DNA from: Mustelus asterias
Lineage: Eukaryota
Assembly (NCBI RefSeq): GCF_964213995.1
Contig: NC_135822.1
Span: 53,072,001 to 53,136,000 of the forward strand
Reading direction: 5' to 3'
DNA: 64,000 nt
Notes under the pieces: generated by a model
Database searches by the model: none
What the model was told of the DNA's origin: nothing
Seen by the model: the letters and a program-made list of their open reading frames with translations, nothing else
In this document: piece by piece, positions 46,551-60,368 of the stretch
Layout of the letters: every line of letters begins with the position of its first letter
How positions within the stretch are numbered: position 1 is the first letter of the stretch
Program-made: the position numbers and the translations under genes

Positions 46551-47094
46551 TACAGCCTTTGAAAAAAATTCCAGATGAGCTTTTGAAATATCACAACATT
46601 CAAGGATTATGGAACAAATGCAGGAAAATGGCATTAGCGTGCCTTTAGTGATAATTATTGTCGGTGCAGACTCGATGGACTAAAGGGCATTTTTTGCCCT
46701 CCATGACTCTATTATCAAATCCAATTCCCTGAAATTAGATATATCATGACATATACTGTCAACATTCAACCCCACAACAATAAACACTGTGTGCCCAAAA
46801 CGCCCATTATGGATGCCGCCCAGATTTTCCCTTCAGCAGAATTTGATAATGACACGGATGTATCCGAGGATCGTTAGAAAAGCATTGAGGGAGAACGGAA
46901 TAGAGAGATTACACGGGGAGGGGAAGAGATCGGAGGAGGCCTTCATGTAGAACATGAACGCCAGAAGAATAATTCACATTTATATAGCGCCTTTAATGCT
47001 GTAAGATGTCCAGAGACAGTTCAACCAAGCACTATGAATCAAAACAAGACACCCAAACACAGAGGAGATGTTAAGCTAAGTGACTAAAGATCTC

Positions 47095-47595
47095 ACCAAC
47101 TTTTACAGATGCACCATTGAAAGCATTCTTTCTGGTTGTATCACAGTTTGACATGGCTCCTGTTCTGTCCAAGAACGCAAAAATCTACAAAGAGTCGTAA
47201 ACGAAACCCAGTCCCGGACAACCAGCCTCCCGTCCATTTACTCTGTTTACACCTTCCGCTGCCTGAGAAAAGCAGCCAGCATAATCAAAGATCCCACACA
47301 CCTCGGGCATGCTCTTTTCCACCGTCTTCCGCCGGGAAAAGGATACATAAATCTGAGGACACATACCAACTGACTGAAAAACAGCTTCTTCCCTGCTGCC
47401 ATCAGACTTTTGAATGGGCCTATCTCGTATTAGGTTGATCTTTCTCTACACCCTGGCTATGACTGTAACACTATATTCTGCACTCGCCCGTTTCCTTCTC
47501 TATGTCCGGTATGTCTTGTCTGTAAAGCGCCCAAGAAACCATATTTTCCACTGTATGTTAATATATGTGACAAAAATAAATCAATCACAATCAAA
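47095..47595 (+). mobile_element. Rex1/Babar-like LINE 3' fragment
   Basis: Encodes TIESILSGCITV...LQRVV...SIIKDPTH; AATCA-type tail. Confidence 0.7.
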
Positions 47596-48769
47596 GTGGT
47601 AGCTTTGAAGCAGTGTCTAATGGGAGGAAAGTGAGATGGGCCTTGTGATCTGGATAGAGGAGATAGGGAGAAACTGTTTCCCCTCGTGAAAGAATGGAGA
47701 GCGAGGGTGGACAGATACAAATTTACTGGTGAAAGAAACAAAAACGGTTAAAAAAAGCTTTTTCACTCAGTGAGTGGTCAATGTTCGGAAGGGAGTGTTT
47801 TGGAAGCTGGTTCAGTTGGAGCATTCTGAAGGAAATTAGACTGTTTTCTGAAAAGGAAGAATGTGCAGGAAATACAGGGAGAGGGCGGGAGAATGAAACT
47901 AGGTAAGTTGCTCATTGGGAGAGCCGGTGCAGACACAATGGGCTGAATGGTCTGCTTCCGTGCAACACTGATTCTGTGACGAGGGTAAGAAAGGGATTGC
48001 AGATCTTGAGTCCCAGGCAAATGAATGCACGGCCACCAATGCATTATATCCAGGACTCTCAGAGTGGAAGGAGATATCTCAGAGGGCGATGCGAACTAAG
48101 ATAGAGGTCGGCTAGACCATGGAGGTATGGGAATGAGAACTTTAATGAGAATAAGAATTTAAAAACCAAAGTTTTGATCGAACGAATGTCAATGAAGGTC
48201 AGCAAGGAAAGCACTGATGGGTTAATGGGAGTAAAGAGACAGGCAGCAGAAGTGTAGATGACCTGAACTTTGCAGAGGTTAGAATGCGGGAGAAGCGCCA
48301 GGGCTGTGGTGGAATAGTCAAGTCTAATGGGAATAGAGACATGGATGAGAATGTCAGCAGCAGATTAGCTGAGACAGGGACGAAGAGCCGTGAAGTTATG
48401 GGGTTACGTGGGTGGAAATTACGAGGGCAAAACGTGAGGTCAGAAGCTCATCTTGTGATCAAATATTGCCCAAACAATGGATTTAATTTCAGGTTGTTGC
48501 TAGGGAGAAGATTGCCAGACAGAGAACAGCATTTGGATTTGAATCGAAAATAAGAACTTCAATCTTTCAAGAATTTAACCGGACTAAATTTCTACTTTAG
48601 CAGTGTTGGGCATCTGATTAGCCGTCTGATCAAAATAAGTGTGGGCAGGGACAGAGAGGCTAGTGAAGGGGCTGAGCTAATAGGGCGAGGTGGAGATAGA
48701 TGGGAAGCATGAATATGCGCATTGGCCCAATCACCCCTGGACCCTTTGCAAATGTAGGAGCTGCCTTCT

Positions 48770-49220
48770 AGAACCAAACCAAAGGAAGTGGTAAGATCCT
48801 TAATGAGTACTTTGCATCAGTATTCAAAAAGGAGAGGGACACGTCGATTGATGGTGTCTTGAAGGGGCGAATAAACCCTTTAGAACAAGTCATCATTACG
48901 AGGGAGGAAGTGTTAGGTGAATTAAAAAACATTAAGATGGACAAATCCCCAGGGCCAAATGGCATCTATCCCAGATTTCTGAGGGAGACAAGAGGTGAAA
49001 TTGCTGGGCCTCTAACTGAAATCTTTGTTTCTCCGTTGGCCACTGGTAAGGTACCAGAGGATTGGAGGATAGCCAATGTTTTCCCGTTATTTAAGAAGGG
49101 TAGCAAGGATCTCCCGCGTAATTACAGATCAGTGAGCTTGACGCCAGTGAAAAGGAAACTGTGATCGGCACAGGCTTGGAGGGGTGAAGGGCCAGTTCAT
49201 GTGCTGTACTGTTCTTTGTA
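48770..49220 (+). mobile_element. CR1 ORF2 fragment joined to a CR1 3' end
   Basis: ORF 48859-49164 (KSPGPNG...WRIANV...NYRSVSL) followed directly by the 3' core. Confidence 0.8.
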
Positions 49221-50199
49221 CAGGATGTAGGTACAACCGAGGAGCTGTTACAGTGGCGGGGGCAGTTCCGGGACTCAGAACCAGTTCAGTTTCTGGCCAA
49301 CAAATGCTCTGGATGTTGATAGCAGGGATTTGGCAATGGTAATGCCATTGATTATAAGGGGCGATGATTAGATTCTATCTTGTTGGACATGGTCATTGAC
49401 TGCCGCTTGTGTGGCATGAGTTCTTTTACACATCGTCCTGCTCTCCTGTCCACATGTCCGTCATTGAACTTTTGTAATGTTCTCGTGAACCCCAACATCA
49501 ACTGAAGGAACAGCATCCCATCTTCCGATTGGGCGATTAACAGCCTTCCAGACTGAACATTCAGTTCAACTTCAGAGAATGAACTCTCCCCTCCACTGTC
49601 ACCCGATTTCCATTTATTTTATTTCATTCTGTTTCTTTTCATCTCATTCATCGATTTTTATCATCAATATTTCTCATATCCATTTTTCCACTTCTCCTTT
49701 CCGGCTCTCCTCCCTGCCCACACCATCCGCCTCCCCCGCCCCCGACCTTCTGAGCATCTGCCTGAACTAACTGCACCTCTGTTCTGCCATTCGCACAATC
49801 TCATCACTTAATGGACATTTTAGCAGCACCCTCAGCCTTTGTTCATCCTCATTTATATTCCCTTTGTCTTGTTACAGCCACCACCACCGCCCCCCCACCC
49901 CCCCCCCCTCCCCCCCGCCCTCCCAACCCTCACAGCATATATATCTTTCCCGATGTTATTTGCTTTTAGCTCTGATGAATGGTAATCCACACTCGAAACA
50001 TTGGCTCTATTCTCACTCCACGGATGCTGGCAGACCTGCTGAGATTTTCCAGCATTTTCTGCTGGTGTGTGGCATGAGTGCTACTTATGACTTGTCTGCC
50101 CAAGCCTGGATATTTCCCAGGTCTTGTTTCATTTTCACATGGACTGCTTCAGTATCTCAGTGGCGCATACAAACATACGAAACTAGGAGCAGCAACATG

Positions 50200-51271
50200 T
50201 TGAACAAAACGAAGGAGATAGTCATCGACTTCAGGAAGCATAGTGGAGGGCATGCAACTGTCTATATTAAAATGGATCAAGTGGAAATGGTCGAGAGCAA
50301 GTTTTTAGGTGTCCAGATCACCAACAACCTGCCCTGGTCCCTCCACGCGGACACTATAGTTAAGAAAGCCCACTACCGTCTGAACGTTCTCATGAGATGA
50401 AGAACGTTTTGCATGTCTTCTACAACTCTTGATAACTTCTACAGATGCACCATAGAATATATTCTTTCTGGTTGTATCGCAGATTGAATCATAGAATCAT
50501 AGAAACCCTACAGTACACAAAGAGGCCATTCGGCCCATTGAGTCTGCACCGACCAGAATCCCACCCAGGCCCTACCCCCATATCCCTACACATTTTACCC
50601 ACTAATTCCTCTGACCTACGCATCTCAGGACACTAAGGGGCAATTTAGCATGGCCAATCAACCTAACCCACACATCTTTGGATTGTGGGAGGAAACCGGA
50701 GCACCTGGAGGAAATCCATGCAGACACGAGGAGAATGTGCAAACTCCGCACAGACAGTGACCCAAGCCGGAAATCGAACCCAGGTCCCTGGAGCTGTGAA
50801 GCAGCAGTGCTAACCACTGTGCTGCCGTGCCGCCCATAATGCCTTGGTATGGTTCCTGCTCTGTCCAAGCCCGCAAGAATCTACAAAGGGTCATGAACGA
50901 AGCCAAGTCCATCGCTCAATCCAACCTCCCATCCATTGACAGTGTCCGCACTTCCCGCTGCTCAGAAAAGCATCCAGCAAAATCAAGGACCCCACGTACC
51001 CCGGGCATCTTCTTACACGGATAAAATAAACAAAAGTCTGAGGTCACGTACCAACTGACTCAAGAACAGCTTCTTCCCTGCTGCCATCAGACTGTTGAAT
51101 GGAGTGAGCCACTATTGAGTTCATCTTTCTCTACACCCTAGCTATGGCTGTAACATTACATTCTCCACTCTCCCTTGTCCTTCTCTACATGAGTATGCTT
51201 GGTCTGTATAGTGCGCAGAAAAAAACACTTTTCACTGTATATTAATACAATAATAAATCAAATCAAATCAA
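50200..51271 (+). mobile_element. Rex1/Babar-like LINE fragment split by a SINE
   Basis: KTKEIVIDFRK...KFLGVQITNNLPW; resumes WYGSC...LQRVMN at 50836; (AATCA)n tail. Confidence 0.75.
50486..50835 (-). mobile_element. Full-length HE1-like SINE
   Basis: GGGCGGCACGGCAGCACAGTGG head, GGTTCGATTTCC B-box, CR1 tail (TTCTATGA)n. Confidence 0.9.
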
Positions 51272-51509
51272 GGATATTCGGCCCCTGGAGGCTTCTCCGC
51301 CATTTGATAACATCATGGCTGATCTGATTGAAACTTCATCCCCAAATTCCACTTCCACTCGTGATAACCTTTCACCCTCTTGTTAATCAATAATCTGCCT
51401 CACTCCGCCTTAAAAATACACAAAGACTCTGCTTCTGCTGCCTTTTGTGGAAAGTTCCAGAGACTCACGACACTTCAAGAGAAGAAAATTCTCCTACTTT
51501 TTGTCTTAA

Positions 51510-53815
51510 ATGTCTGAGCCGGGCAAGGTGATCGAAGTTTCAGTGGGAGAGCATTTCGGGAACAGTGATGAAAATTACGTATATTTTAAGGTGCTTGGGG
51601 ATAAGGGCAGGAGTGGTCCTCAGGCGAAGGTATTAACTTGGGGGAAGACTTACCACAACAACATTTGGCAGGATCTGGGGTGTGTACATTGGGGGAGACT
51701 GTTTAAGGTTAAATCAACATCCGAGCCTTTCGAATGTCAGTTGATTGAAAGTCAGGACCAGAATGTACCTGTGAGGATGAAGGATAAGTGTGGCAGATAT
51801 CAGGAACCCTGGATAATAAGGGATATTATGAGCCTTGTCAAAAAGAAAAAATAAACATTCGTAAGGTCTGAAAGGCTGAGGACAGATGAAGCCCTTGAAG
51901 AATACAAAGAACTTAAGAAATAACTTAAGGAAGGAGTTAGTGTGGCTAAAAGGGGTCATAAAATGTTCTTGCCAAATAGGATTCAGGAAAATACCAAGGC
52001 ATTTTATACGTATGTAAAGAGCAAGAGGGTAGCCAGGGAAAGAGTTGGTCCACTCAAAGGATAGTGGAAGGAATCTCTGCATGGAACCAGAGGAAATGGG
52101 CGAGGTACTAAATGAATACTTTGCCTCAGTATTCACCAAATAGAGGGACTTGATGGACGAGGAGCTTAGGGTGGGGTGTGTAGAACTGGGTCATGTCGAT
52201 ATCAAAAAAACGAGGAGGTATTGGGCGTCTTAAAAAACATTAAGGTAGATAAGTCCCCAGGGCCTGATGGGATCTACTCCAGAATACTGAGAGAAGCAAA
52301 GGCGAAAATTGCTGTGGCTTTCACAGAAATCTTTGTATCCTCATTGGCTGCGGGTGAAATTCCAGAGGACTGGATGAAAGCCAACGGTGTTCCATTGTTT
52401 CAGAACGGCAGCAGGGATAATCCAGGAAATTATAGGCCAGTGAGCCTCACATCACTGGTAGGGAAATTATTGGAAAATATTCTTTGGGACAGGATTTACT
52501 CATATTTGGAAACAAATGGACTTATTAGTGACATACAGCATGGTTAGGTGAAGGAGAGGTCGTACCTCATTAATTTGATCGAGTTTTTTGAGGAAGTGTC
52601 TAAGATGATAAATGAGGGAAAGTCAATGGATGTTGTAATCATGGAATTCAGTAAAGCCTTTGACAAGATAGCTCCTGGTAGACTGGTACGAAAGGTGAAG
52701 TCACACGGGATCAGAGGAGGGCTGGCAAGATGGACAGAGAACTTGTTTGGCCATAGAAGATAGAGGCTAGCAGTAGTGCGGTGCTTTTCTGAATGAATAC
52801 TGTGACTAGCAGTGTTCAAGAGGGATCAGTCCTGGGACCTTTGTTGTTCATTGTATTTATAAATGATTTGGAGGGAAATGTAGTTGGTCTGATTAGTGAT
52901 TAGTAAGTTCGCAGACGACACAAAAATTGGTGGAGTTACGGATAGTGAGGAGGATTGCCAGGGGATACAGCAAGATATAGACCGGTTAGAGACTTGGGCA
53001 GGGAACTGGCAGATGGAGTGTAATCCGGAAACGTGTGAGATAATGCATTTTGGAAGGTCCAATGAATGTCAGAATTGCACAGTAAATGGTAGAACCCTTC
53101 GGAGTATTGACAGGCAGAGGGATCTGGACGTATATGTCCACCAATCACTGAAAGTGGCAACGCACGTAAGTAATTTAGTCAAGCCTTCATTGGTCGGGGC
53201 ATTGAGTATAAAAAATCGCAGGTCATTGCTGCAGCTGTACAGAACCTTAGTTAGGTCTCATTTAGAGTATTGTGTACAGTTCTGGTTGCCACACTACCAG
53301 AAGGATGTGGATGCTTTGTAGAGGGTACAGAAGAGATCTACCAGGATATTGCCTGTCTGGAGGGTATTAGCTACAAGGAGAGGATGGATGAGCTCGGGTT
53401 GTTCTCACGGGAACGATGGAGGTTGACGGGTCACCAGATAGAGATGTACAAGAGGATGAGTGGCAAGAACAAAGTGGATATTTCAGATGCTCTTTCCCAG
53501 GGTACCAAAATCAAGTACTAGGGGTCATAGGTTTAAGGTACGTGAGGAAAAGTTTAGAGCCAATGTGAGGGGCAAGGTTTCTACACAGAGGGTGGTGAAT
53601 GTCTGGAACGCACTGCCCGGGGAGGTGGTGGGAACAGGTACGATAGCAGCATTTAAGGGACAACAAGATGAATACATGAATAGGAATGGAATGGAAGGAT
53701 ACGGATTCAGTAATGCATGCGGTTTTACTTTAGGCAGGCATCCTGATTGGCTCAGTCTTGGAGGGCCGAAGGGCCCGTTCCTGTGTTCTACTTTTCTTTG
53801 TTCTTTGTTCTATTT
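51510..53815 (+). mobile_element. Degenerate CR1 ORF2 with many stops and frameshifts, plus 3' end
   Basis: Consecutive ORFs 51510, 52176, 52548, 52896 and 53460 carry HFGNSD, PGPDG, NYRPVSL, FSKAFD, FADD, TRGH. Confidence 0.88.
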
Positions 53816-54792
53816 TAAATGACCCCCCTCCTAATTCCAAATTCTCCAACAAGATGAAGCATTCTCTCTGCATTAACCTGTGAAAACCCCTCGGAATCTT
53901 AAAGGCTTTGAACAAGTGACTTCTAACCTGTACTGGATACAAGTCTCCAATCCTTTCTCATAGGACAGCCAGTCTATTCCTGATATTAGTCTAGTAAACA
54001 TTTTCTGAACTCATTCTAACTTATTTGCATCATTCCTTATATAAGCAGACCAATGTTGTGCATGATACTTGTGATGAACGTTCTCCAATCATCAGCGAAC
54101 ATATCCACTTTGACCACATCGTGGAAGGAAGGTCATTGATGAAAGACCTGAAGATGCACTCTATTCTGTCTCCCCCTCCAACCACTACAACCTTCCCTAT
54201 TTCTGTAACCAAAAGCAGACACTGCACTTCTCCATATCTCTGTTCCCTCTTCCATCCCACACAGTCTTCCTTACGCATGCTGCTTCATCCTATCTCTATA
54301 ACTCACCTTATCTCTCCAACCTCCTCAAACTCATATAATCCTCACTATCTCTGCAATCTGCCCCAGGCTATTTAAATCTCCATATATCGGTATCATCCAT
54401 CAGTTCATACAACGCTCCCTATCTCTGGGACTTCCTCCAGCTGCCAGATCTCTCGGACAGTTGTATGACTTGCAATCCTGGTCTCTTGAACACAACCACC
54501 CCTCCCCCCTCCCCCCTCCCCCCCCCCCCCGCCCCCCTTCACCGCACCCCCACCACCTCGTGCCCGCCAAGATTTCGATCACTCTCTGATTGGCGGTCGT
54601 GCCATCAGATGCAGGTGATTAAGAGCTCGAATTTCCCCCGAATGGGTGCGATTTACTTTCTCCACTTTGAAGCGTCCTTTAAATGTTACCTCATTGACCA
54701 AATGTTTGTGCAGCTGTCCTAATAAATTCCCTTGTTTTCTTCATATCAATCTGTTCATTTCACATTCTACTGAGGGGGTCTAGAATGACCGA

Positions 54793-55352
54793 GGTCAGTA
54801 CAGAGAGAGTAATGCATTGCTTGAGGGCCAGTACTGAGTGAGTCTGCACCGTCTGAGGGTCAGTACGAGGGAGCTTTCACTTTCTGAGGCTCAGTACAGA
54901 GGGAGACTGCACAATTGAGTGTCAGTATTGAGGGAGCATGCACTGTCTGAGTGACAGTGCCGAGGGGGTGTCGCACTATACAAGGGTCAGTACTGAGTTA
55001 GTCTGCACTGCCTGAGTGTCAGTACTGAGGGAGTGCTGCACTGTCAGAGGGTCAGTACTGAGGGCGTCTGCACTGTCAGAGGGTCAGTACTGAGGGGGTG
55101 CCGTACTGTCAGAGGGTCAGTACTGAGGGAGTGCCGCACTGTCAGAAGGTCAGTGCTGAGGGAGCGCTGTACTGTCGGAGGATCAACAATGAGGGAGGGC
55201 TGCACTGACAAATGTTCAATACTGAGGGAGTGCTGCACTGTCAGAGGGTCTGTGATGAGGGAGCGCTGCACTGCCAAATGTCCAGTACTGATGGAGCGCT
55301 ACATTATTGGATGGTCAGTATTGAGGGAGCACTGCACTTCCTGTGGGTCAGT
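54793..55352 (+). repeat. 33-bp minisatellite, roughly 17 imperfect units
   Basis: Unit GTCAGTACTGAGGGAGTGCTGCACTGTCAGAGG; translates as an 11-aa repeat (RGSVLRECRTV) in ORF 55033. Confidence 0.9.
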
Positions 55353-55867
55353 GTTGTGATGTTAAATCGCGGCCTCCTGTGTTCTCGCGGGAGGGTGTAA
55401 ACCGTTTCCTCTATTGGGAGAACGGCTGGGTATGATGTATCTTTAATATCATCCAAGCAACGTAACTGTAAACGAATAATCTGATCACTTCTCTCGTTCC
55501 CGCACTTTTGGGTGTTCCTGTGTTCTCATCTGCGACCACGTTTACAAAATACACAAGTCACTCGAGATTTTTCGTTGTTGTCAGGCAGATTATTGGCTGG
55601 ATCTCTGGAAGAGAAACAGAGTTAACTTCACTATTAAAGTCCACGGACAATTCGTCTGGATATTAACATGAAATATTAATTATGTTCCTCTCTCCACAGA
55701 TGCTGCCTCACCTGCTAGAGTATTCCTAGCAGTTTTCATTTTTATTTCCAATTGCCAGCATCCACGGAGTTAGATATATTTTTATTGTTTGATGGGACGT
55801 GTTGGTTTTGAAAATCGCTATCGAAGTGTAGGTTCTATCTCTTTTCTTTCACGTTACCAGGCAGTGG

Positions 55868-55906
55868 GGTTTTTGACAGGACATTGCCCCAGATCACACC
55901 GCTGTG
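55868..55906 (-). promoter_or_regulatory. 23-bp-spacer RSS of V segment 3
   Basis: CACAGCG (55900-55906), 23 bp, TCAAAAACC (55868-55876). Confidence 0.93.
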
Positions 55907-56344
55907 TAGCACTCATTGCACAGAAATACACAGCCGTGTCTTCAGGGGTGGCTTGCGGGAGCGTCAGAGTAGACTTTCTATCGCTGTCACCGATTATATT
56001 AAAATGGGTTTGGTCTTTTTCCTCGTAATGGACCGTTCCCCCGAACTGAATATACCCGATCAAAGTGAGGCCCTGACCAACTGATTGGCGGTACCACAGT
56101 ATGGATTGAGGAGTGGATTCCCGTTCATCGCAGTCAATGTTTGCCAGCTTGCCCTCTGCGACCACCAGTGTGAATGGACTTTGGAAAGGCTGCAATCCTT
56201 GTGTTGGGTCTAAAATAAAACGGAGCGGTTTCATCGAACGGTGCCAGAGAGAGTAAGAGCATTTTGACTATACATTCTAAAACGTCACTGGTTCATACAA
56301 ATCCTTGCAAACAGCCTCTGGATAAATCTGCCTGTAGTATTCAT
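55907..56344 (-). CDS. TRBV: TCR V segment 3 (fish-TRBV-like); V exon 55907-56209, putative leader 56299-56344
   Basis: Open V exon FQSP...NIDC...LWYRQSVGQGLTLIGY...IIGDSDRKSTLTL...EDTAVYFCAMS; acceptor ttttAG. Leader call is weak (MNTTGRFIQRLFARI, phase-1 GTATGA donor). Confidence 0.85.
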
Positions 56345-58539
56345 TATTAAACATTGGAACAGCCAAGTTATCCTTGAACCAATTAAATATTAATCAACGC
56401 GGCTGATCATCACCATTGACTGAATTTTGCACGGGTGTCGAAGATCGTTACTTTATTCTAATTGATTTCCTCGTGTCATACACTGATACAAGAATATTTT
56501 TAAAAAACAGTTTCCCCTCTGCTCCCCATCTCTCTTGATTTCCTGATTAAATCGCATCCTTGAGTATACTCAGCAATGCTGGATCCGCAATCCCGAATGC
56601 CAAAGATACAGGCGCCAGAGAGCAGCGACTAGGGGAATTTGACAGTAACTTCTTTGCAATGTTCTTTGCCTGCTTGTGACACTAATAAATAAACTTAACT
56701 TTAACCTGTTTTTGAATACATTTCTCCTCACTTCAGCCCTAACACACCCCTGTATCCCCAATCGGTGGCCCCGCGTTCTAAATTTCGCTGCTAGGGTAAA
56801 ATCAATTCCAAGTGTCCATCCTGTTAAATCCCTTCAGAACCGTATGCATTTCACCAAAGCTGCCTCTCATTCTTCTAAACAACAGAGACTATAGGTCCAA
56901 ATTATTTCGTCTCCCAGCGCAGGAAAACGCTGTTATCTCAAGAAAAATCCAGCCAGCCTTCTCTATACTTCTTCCAATGATTCTCTATATATGAGGACTT
57001 AACTGCAGCCAGTACTCCTGGTATGGTCTCGCCAAAGCAATTGCAAGCCTTAGTTATTTATTTACTCCACTCCCTTAAAATAAACACCGTTTGTCTTTTT
57101 GCATTCAAAGTGCTTGTTGTAAACCGATCGCTATATTTCGGTGTTCTTTTCTCGAGTACTCGCATGTCTCCCTTAAAAATAAACTTTTCAAAACTTTTGT
57201 ATTTTGTATTTTTCTATTATTACAACCAAGTGAATAAACTCACGATCCCCGCATTATATTCTCATCTTCCACGCCTTCAGCTAATTTAACCAGCCAGTGT
57301 GTCTTGATCGCTTCTTTCTGTCCTCCTCACAGGTTACATTTTCTCCTGAATTTATATGGTCAGAAAACATAGATACATTTCTCTCCGTCTCTTCGCCCCC
57401 CATTAATCGCACGCAGGATACTTACATGGCTGGAAAATTATTAAAGTCAAAGTGATACAATATATTTGCATATTTGGATGGAACGTGCTAAAGCTGATAG
57501 TTGCAATGAACGTGTCCTCTCACCAAGTGACTCTAATTCTAACTGAATGGTAGGCACACAAACCAGCCCCCGGAAATGACATTCTTCCGGATAACGTAGA
57601 CACGTTCATACAATAAAAGAACAAACACCCAATACTGCGGATGTTGAACAAACAGAAAATGCTGGAAAAACTCAGCTGTTCTGGCAACATCTCTGGAGAG
57701 AGAAACAGAGTAAGCGTTACGAATCCATGTGACACTTTTTCAGATCTTCTTATACTGCAGGATTTACACAATAAACTGGTGTAGGCACGTGGACCAGTTT
57801 TTGAGTGTTATCCTGACATTTGAAAATATGTTGAATTTTGTCTTGGACTCAGGTTCACACTGCATTGTAGACCAATAATAATCCACAGTGTATGCTCTAT
57901 ATAAAACATTCAAGCTAACACAAAGTGCCAGAACAAATTGCGTAGGAGAGTTCGACAGACCTATTTGTACACAAGATGTGGAGTTGCTGGCGTTGGACTG
58001 GGGTGGGCACAATAAGTAGTCTCACAACACCAGGTTAAAGTCCAACAGGTTTATTTGGTAGCACAAGCTTTCGGAGCACTGCCCCTTAATCAGCTGAGTG
58101 CCTTCTACTATTTGTACACAGAACACAGATTGTATTGGCCTTCGATACAGTGCGCCATGCGTTAAAGTGCCACGTCAAATACTGGAATACAACTGTCGAG
58201 GCGGACAATGCAGTGTAGTGCTGTGTTTTGCTGCACTGTTCATGGGAAAGCTTGATGGGAATGCAGCGTTATTGGAGGTGCAGTGCTGAGGTATCACTCC
58301 TTATGCACCAAAATGTCCAGATAATTTTTTCACCTTCAACTGACACGAGAGAAGAGTTGCTGCATGTGGGATCTTAGTGCGCAAAAATGCAATGCAATCT
58401 CCTCGATTACAGAAATTAGTACACCTCAAAAGAGAAGATTCATTGCCTGCGATAACCGTGGTTTTGAAGAGTGCAGCTAAACCTCCGACTACGTTTCTTC
58501 AGAACATGGCACTGGTGTCGACCTAGGAATGACGGAGAA

Positions 58540-58867
58540 GGTTTTTGTGTGAGCTTGTGGCAGCTTTGTACCGTTGTGCGTTACTTGCAGCGCAGAAATA
58601 GGTCGCAGATTCTATAGACTGGCACTGTTCAGCTGCAGGGTGACGTTGTTGCTCCCAGCATCAAGTTAGGTGGCGAAACGCGGCTGGAAATCGGGTGAAC
58701 AGCCATCACACCCGCTGCAAATCCATTCTATCGTGGCTCCCTCCTCCCTGTATCAGAACATTGCCTAGGAGCCCATACTATCTGCCACCAAATTGCAGAA
58801 CAGACTGAGGGCCTGTTCCGATCTGAAAGAAGCTGCAGGTGCAAACTGGTGGGTGCAGCCCCAACCC
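58540..58867 (-). pseudogene. TCR V pseudogene, TRDV2-like family (V exon 58579-58867; RSS 58540-58578)
   Basis: EQALSLFC...MGS*AMF*YREEGATIEWICSGCDGCSPDFQPRFAT*...NNVTLQL/ESATYFCAAS; RSS CACAACG-23-ACAAAAACC. Confidence 0.85.
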
Positions 58868-59639
58868 CTAAAGCAGATTTAAAGGAAGACAAACGTCTTG
58901 GAACAATAGAACTATAAAGAAAAGAGGTCATTCGGCCCATCATGACAGTCCTAGCTCTTTAAAATTGCCATCAAATTACTCTCACCCTCCATGAGCCATG
59001 AAATTCCCCTCAATTGTGTATCTAGTCCGTTTATAACCTTATTGCTGCTTGCAGTCATAAATAACTTCGCGTCTTTCACCATATTTCGCTGTTGGCAGGG
59101 AATATTTGAGAGGCATATACTGATAGTACATTCAATGCGCCACCCAGAAGCTGAAGAAAGTGAAGGGCATTCTAGGTGAGAAATGCGTTGCATTTCTTAT
59201 GAGGTGACAAGGAAGGATAATATGTTACGAGCAAAGTGTTCCCATTCAACGGAAATACAACCGGATGTAATGGAACTGCGCTTCAAGATCGGCCAACCAA
59301 TTCGTGTGCCTGGGCCACACAGATCAGCAGCTTGAACACATGAGAACCAGATCATTTGCTTCTGTTTGTTATTTTGCTAAATCGTGGGACAGTACAGAAG
59401 GCGATTTCCGATATTAAAGGGTCACTTCCGGCGGGATGCGTGGCAGTGTTAGCAATTGCGGTCTCGCAATGTATGGCTCTGAAAGAAAATATTAGCTGGA
59501 CTTTGCGTTGGACAATTTTGGGGTCTTCCTCCTTAAAAGCAGGCTGCCTCCATTCCTATACTACATTATTGTATGAACTTCCAAAACGAGCAACAAAGCA
59601 CATGGGACCAACAATTTGCACGAGCACCTTGCTTGATGC

Positions 59640-60240
59640 AGAGAGGTATTGAGCACAATAGCGGCAGATTGCAAAAAAATATTTATAAAGTTCTAATTGA
59701 CCAATATCTGGAGTACTGTGACCAGTTCCGGTCGCCAGAATTTAAGACAGATGTCAGAGTCCTTGAGAAGATGCAGAGGGGATTTACCAGAATTGTTCCT
59801 GGATGAGAAAATTTCAATACAATGTTAGGTTGGGGAATACCGGGTTAGAGTTCTTGGAATGAGGGAGTTTGAAGAGAGATTTGGCCAAAATGAAAACAGG
59901 TTTAGATAAGATCAGCAATGAAAGCGTGCTCCCGTTAGATGATGGTTCGAGGACGCAGGAATGCAGATGCAACATTTTTCTTTGCAAGGGGGCAGTTACA
60001 GCGGGATTGTGAGGTGAAATATTATGACGCAGCCGACGGTCATGAGTTGGAACTCGCGGCCCCCAAGGTGGTGGAAACTGAGACAATCAACTCATATGAA
60101 ATCTGATTGGCACTGAAGGGAAGTCAAATGCAGTGCGCCAGGAATATAGCGGGGGAATGGATCGAATGAGACTTTTCTAGAGAGCCGGTGTAGATTTGAT
60201 GGGAGGAAAAGTCGCCCTTTGTGCCGGAATGACCTGTGAC
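59640..60240 (+). mobile_element. Old degenerate CR1 3' fragment
   Basis: YKVLIDQYLEYC...LEKMQRGFTRIVPG in ORF 59573-59806. Confidence 0.65.
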
Positions 60241-60368
60241 TAGCTAGATGCAAAGATGAGCAATCTTGGAAAGGTAACGTTCCGACAGAAATAGAATCTG
60301 ACTCATTCTCTTACTGACCTTTGTAAATCAGCTGGTGGGTTTGGGCGCATCTGGGAATGGTGTGGACG

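Noticed and set aside
49972-49999. Hammerhead-like core CTGATGA...CGAAAC in a Penelope-type repeat (similar at ~58065-58095, minus)
   Set aside because: Helix II does not pair well here and the second copy has CTGATTA; treated as decayed repeat.
54793-55352. Regular 33-bp array resembling CRISPR or a repeat-protein ORF
   Set aside because: Tandem units with no unique spacers, vertebrate context, no cas genes; the ORFs are translations of the minisatellite.
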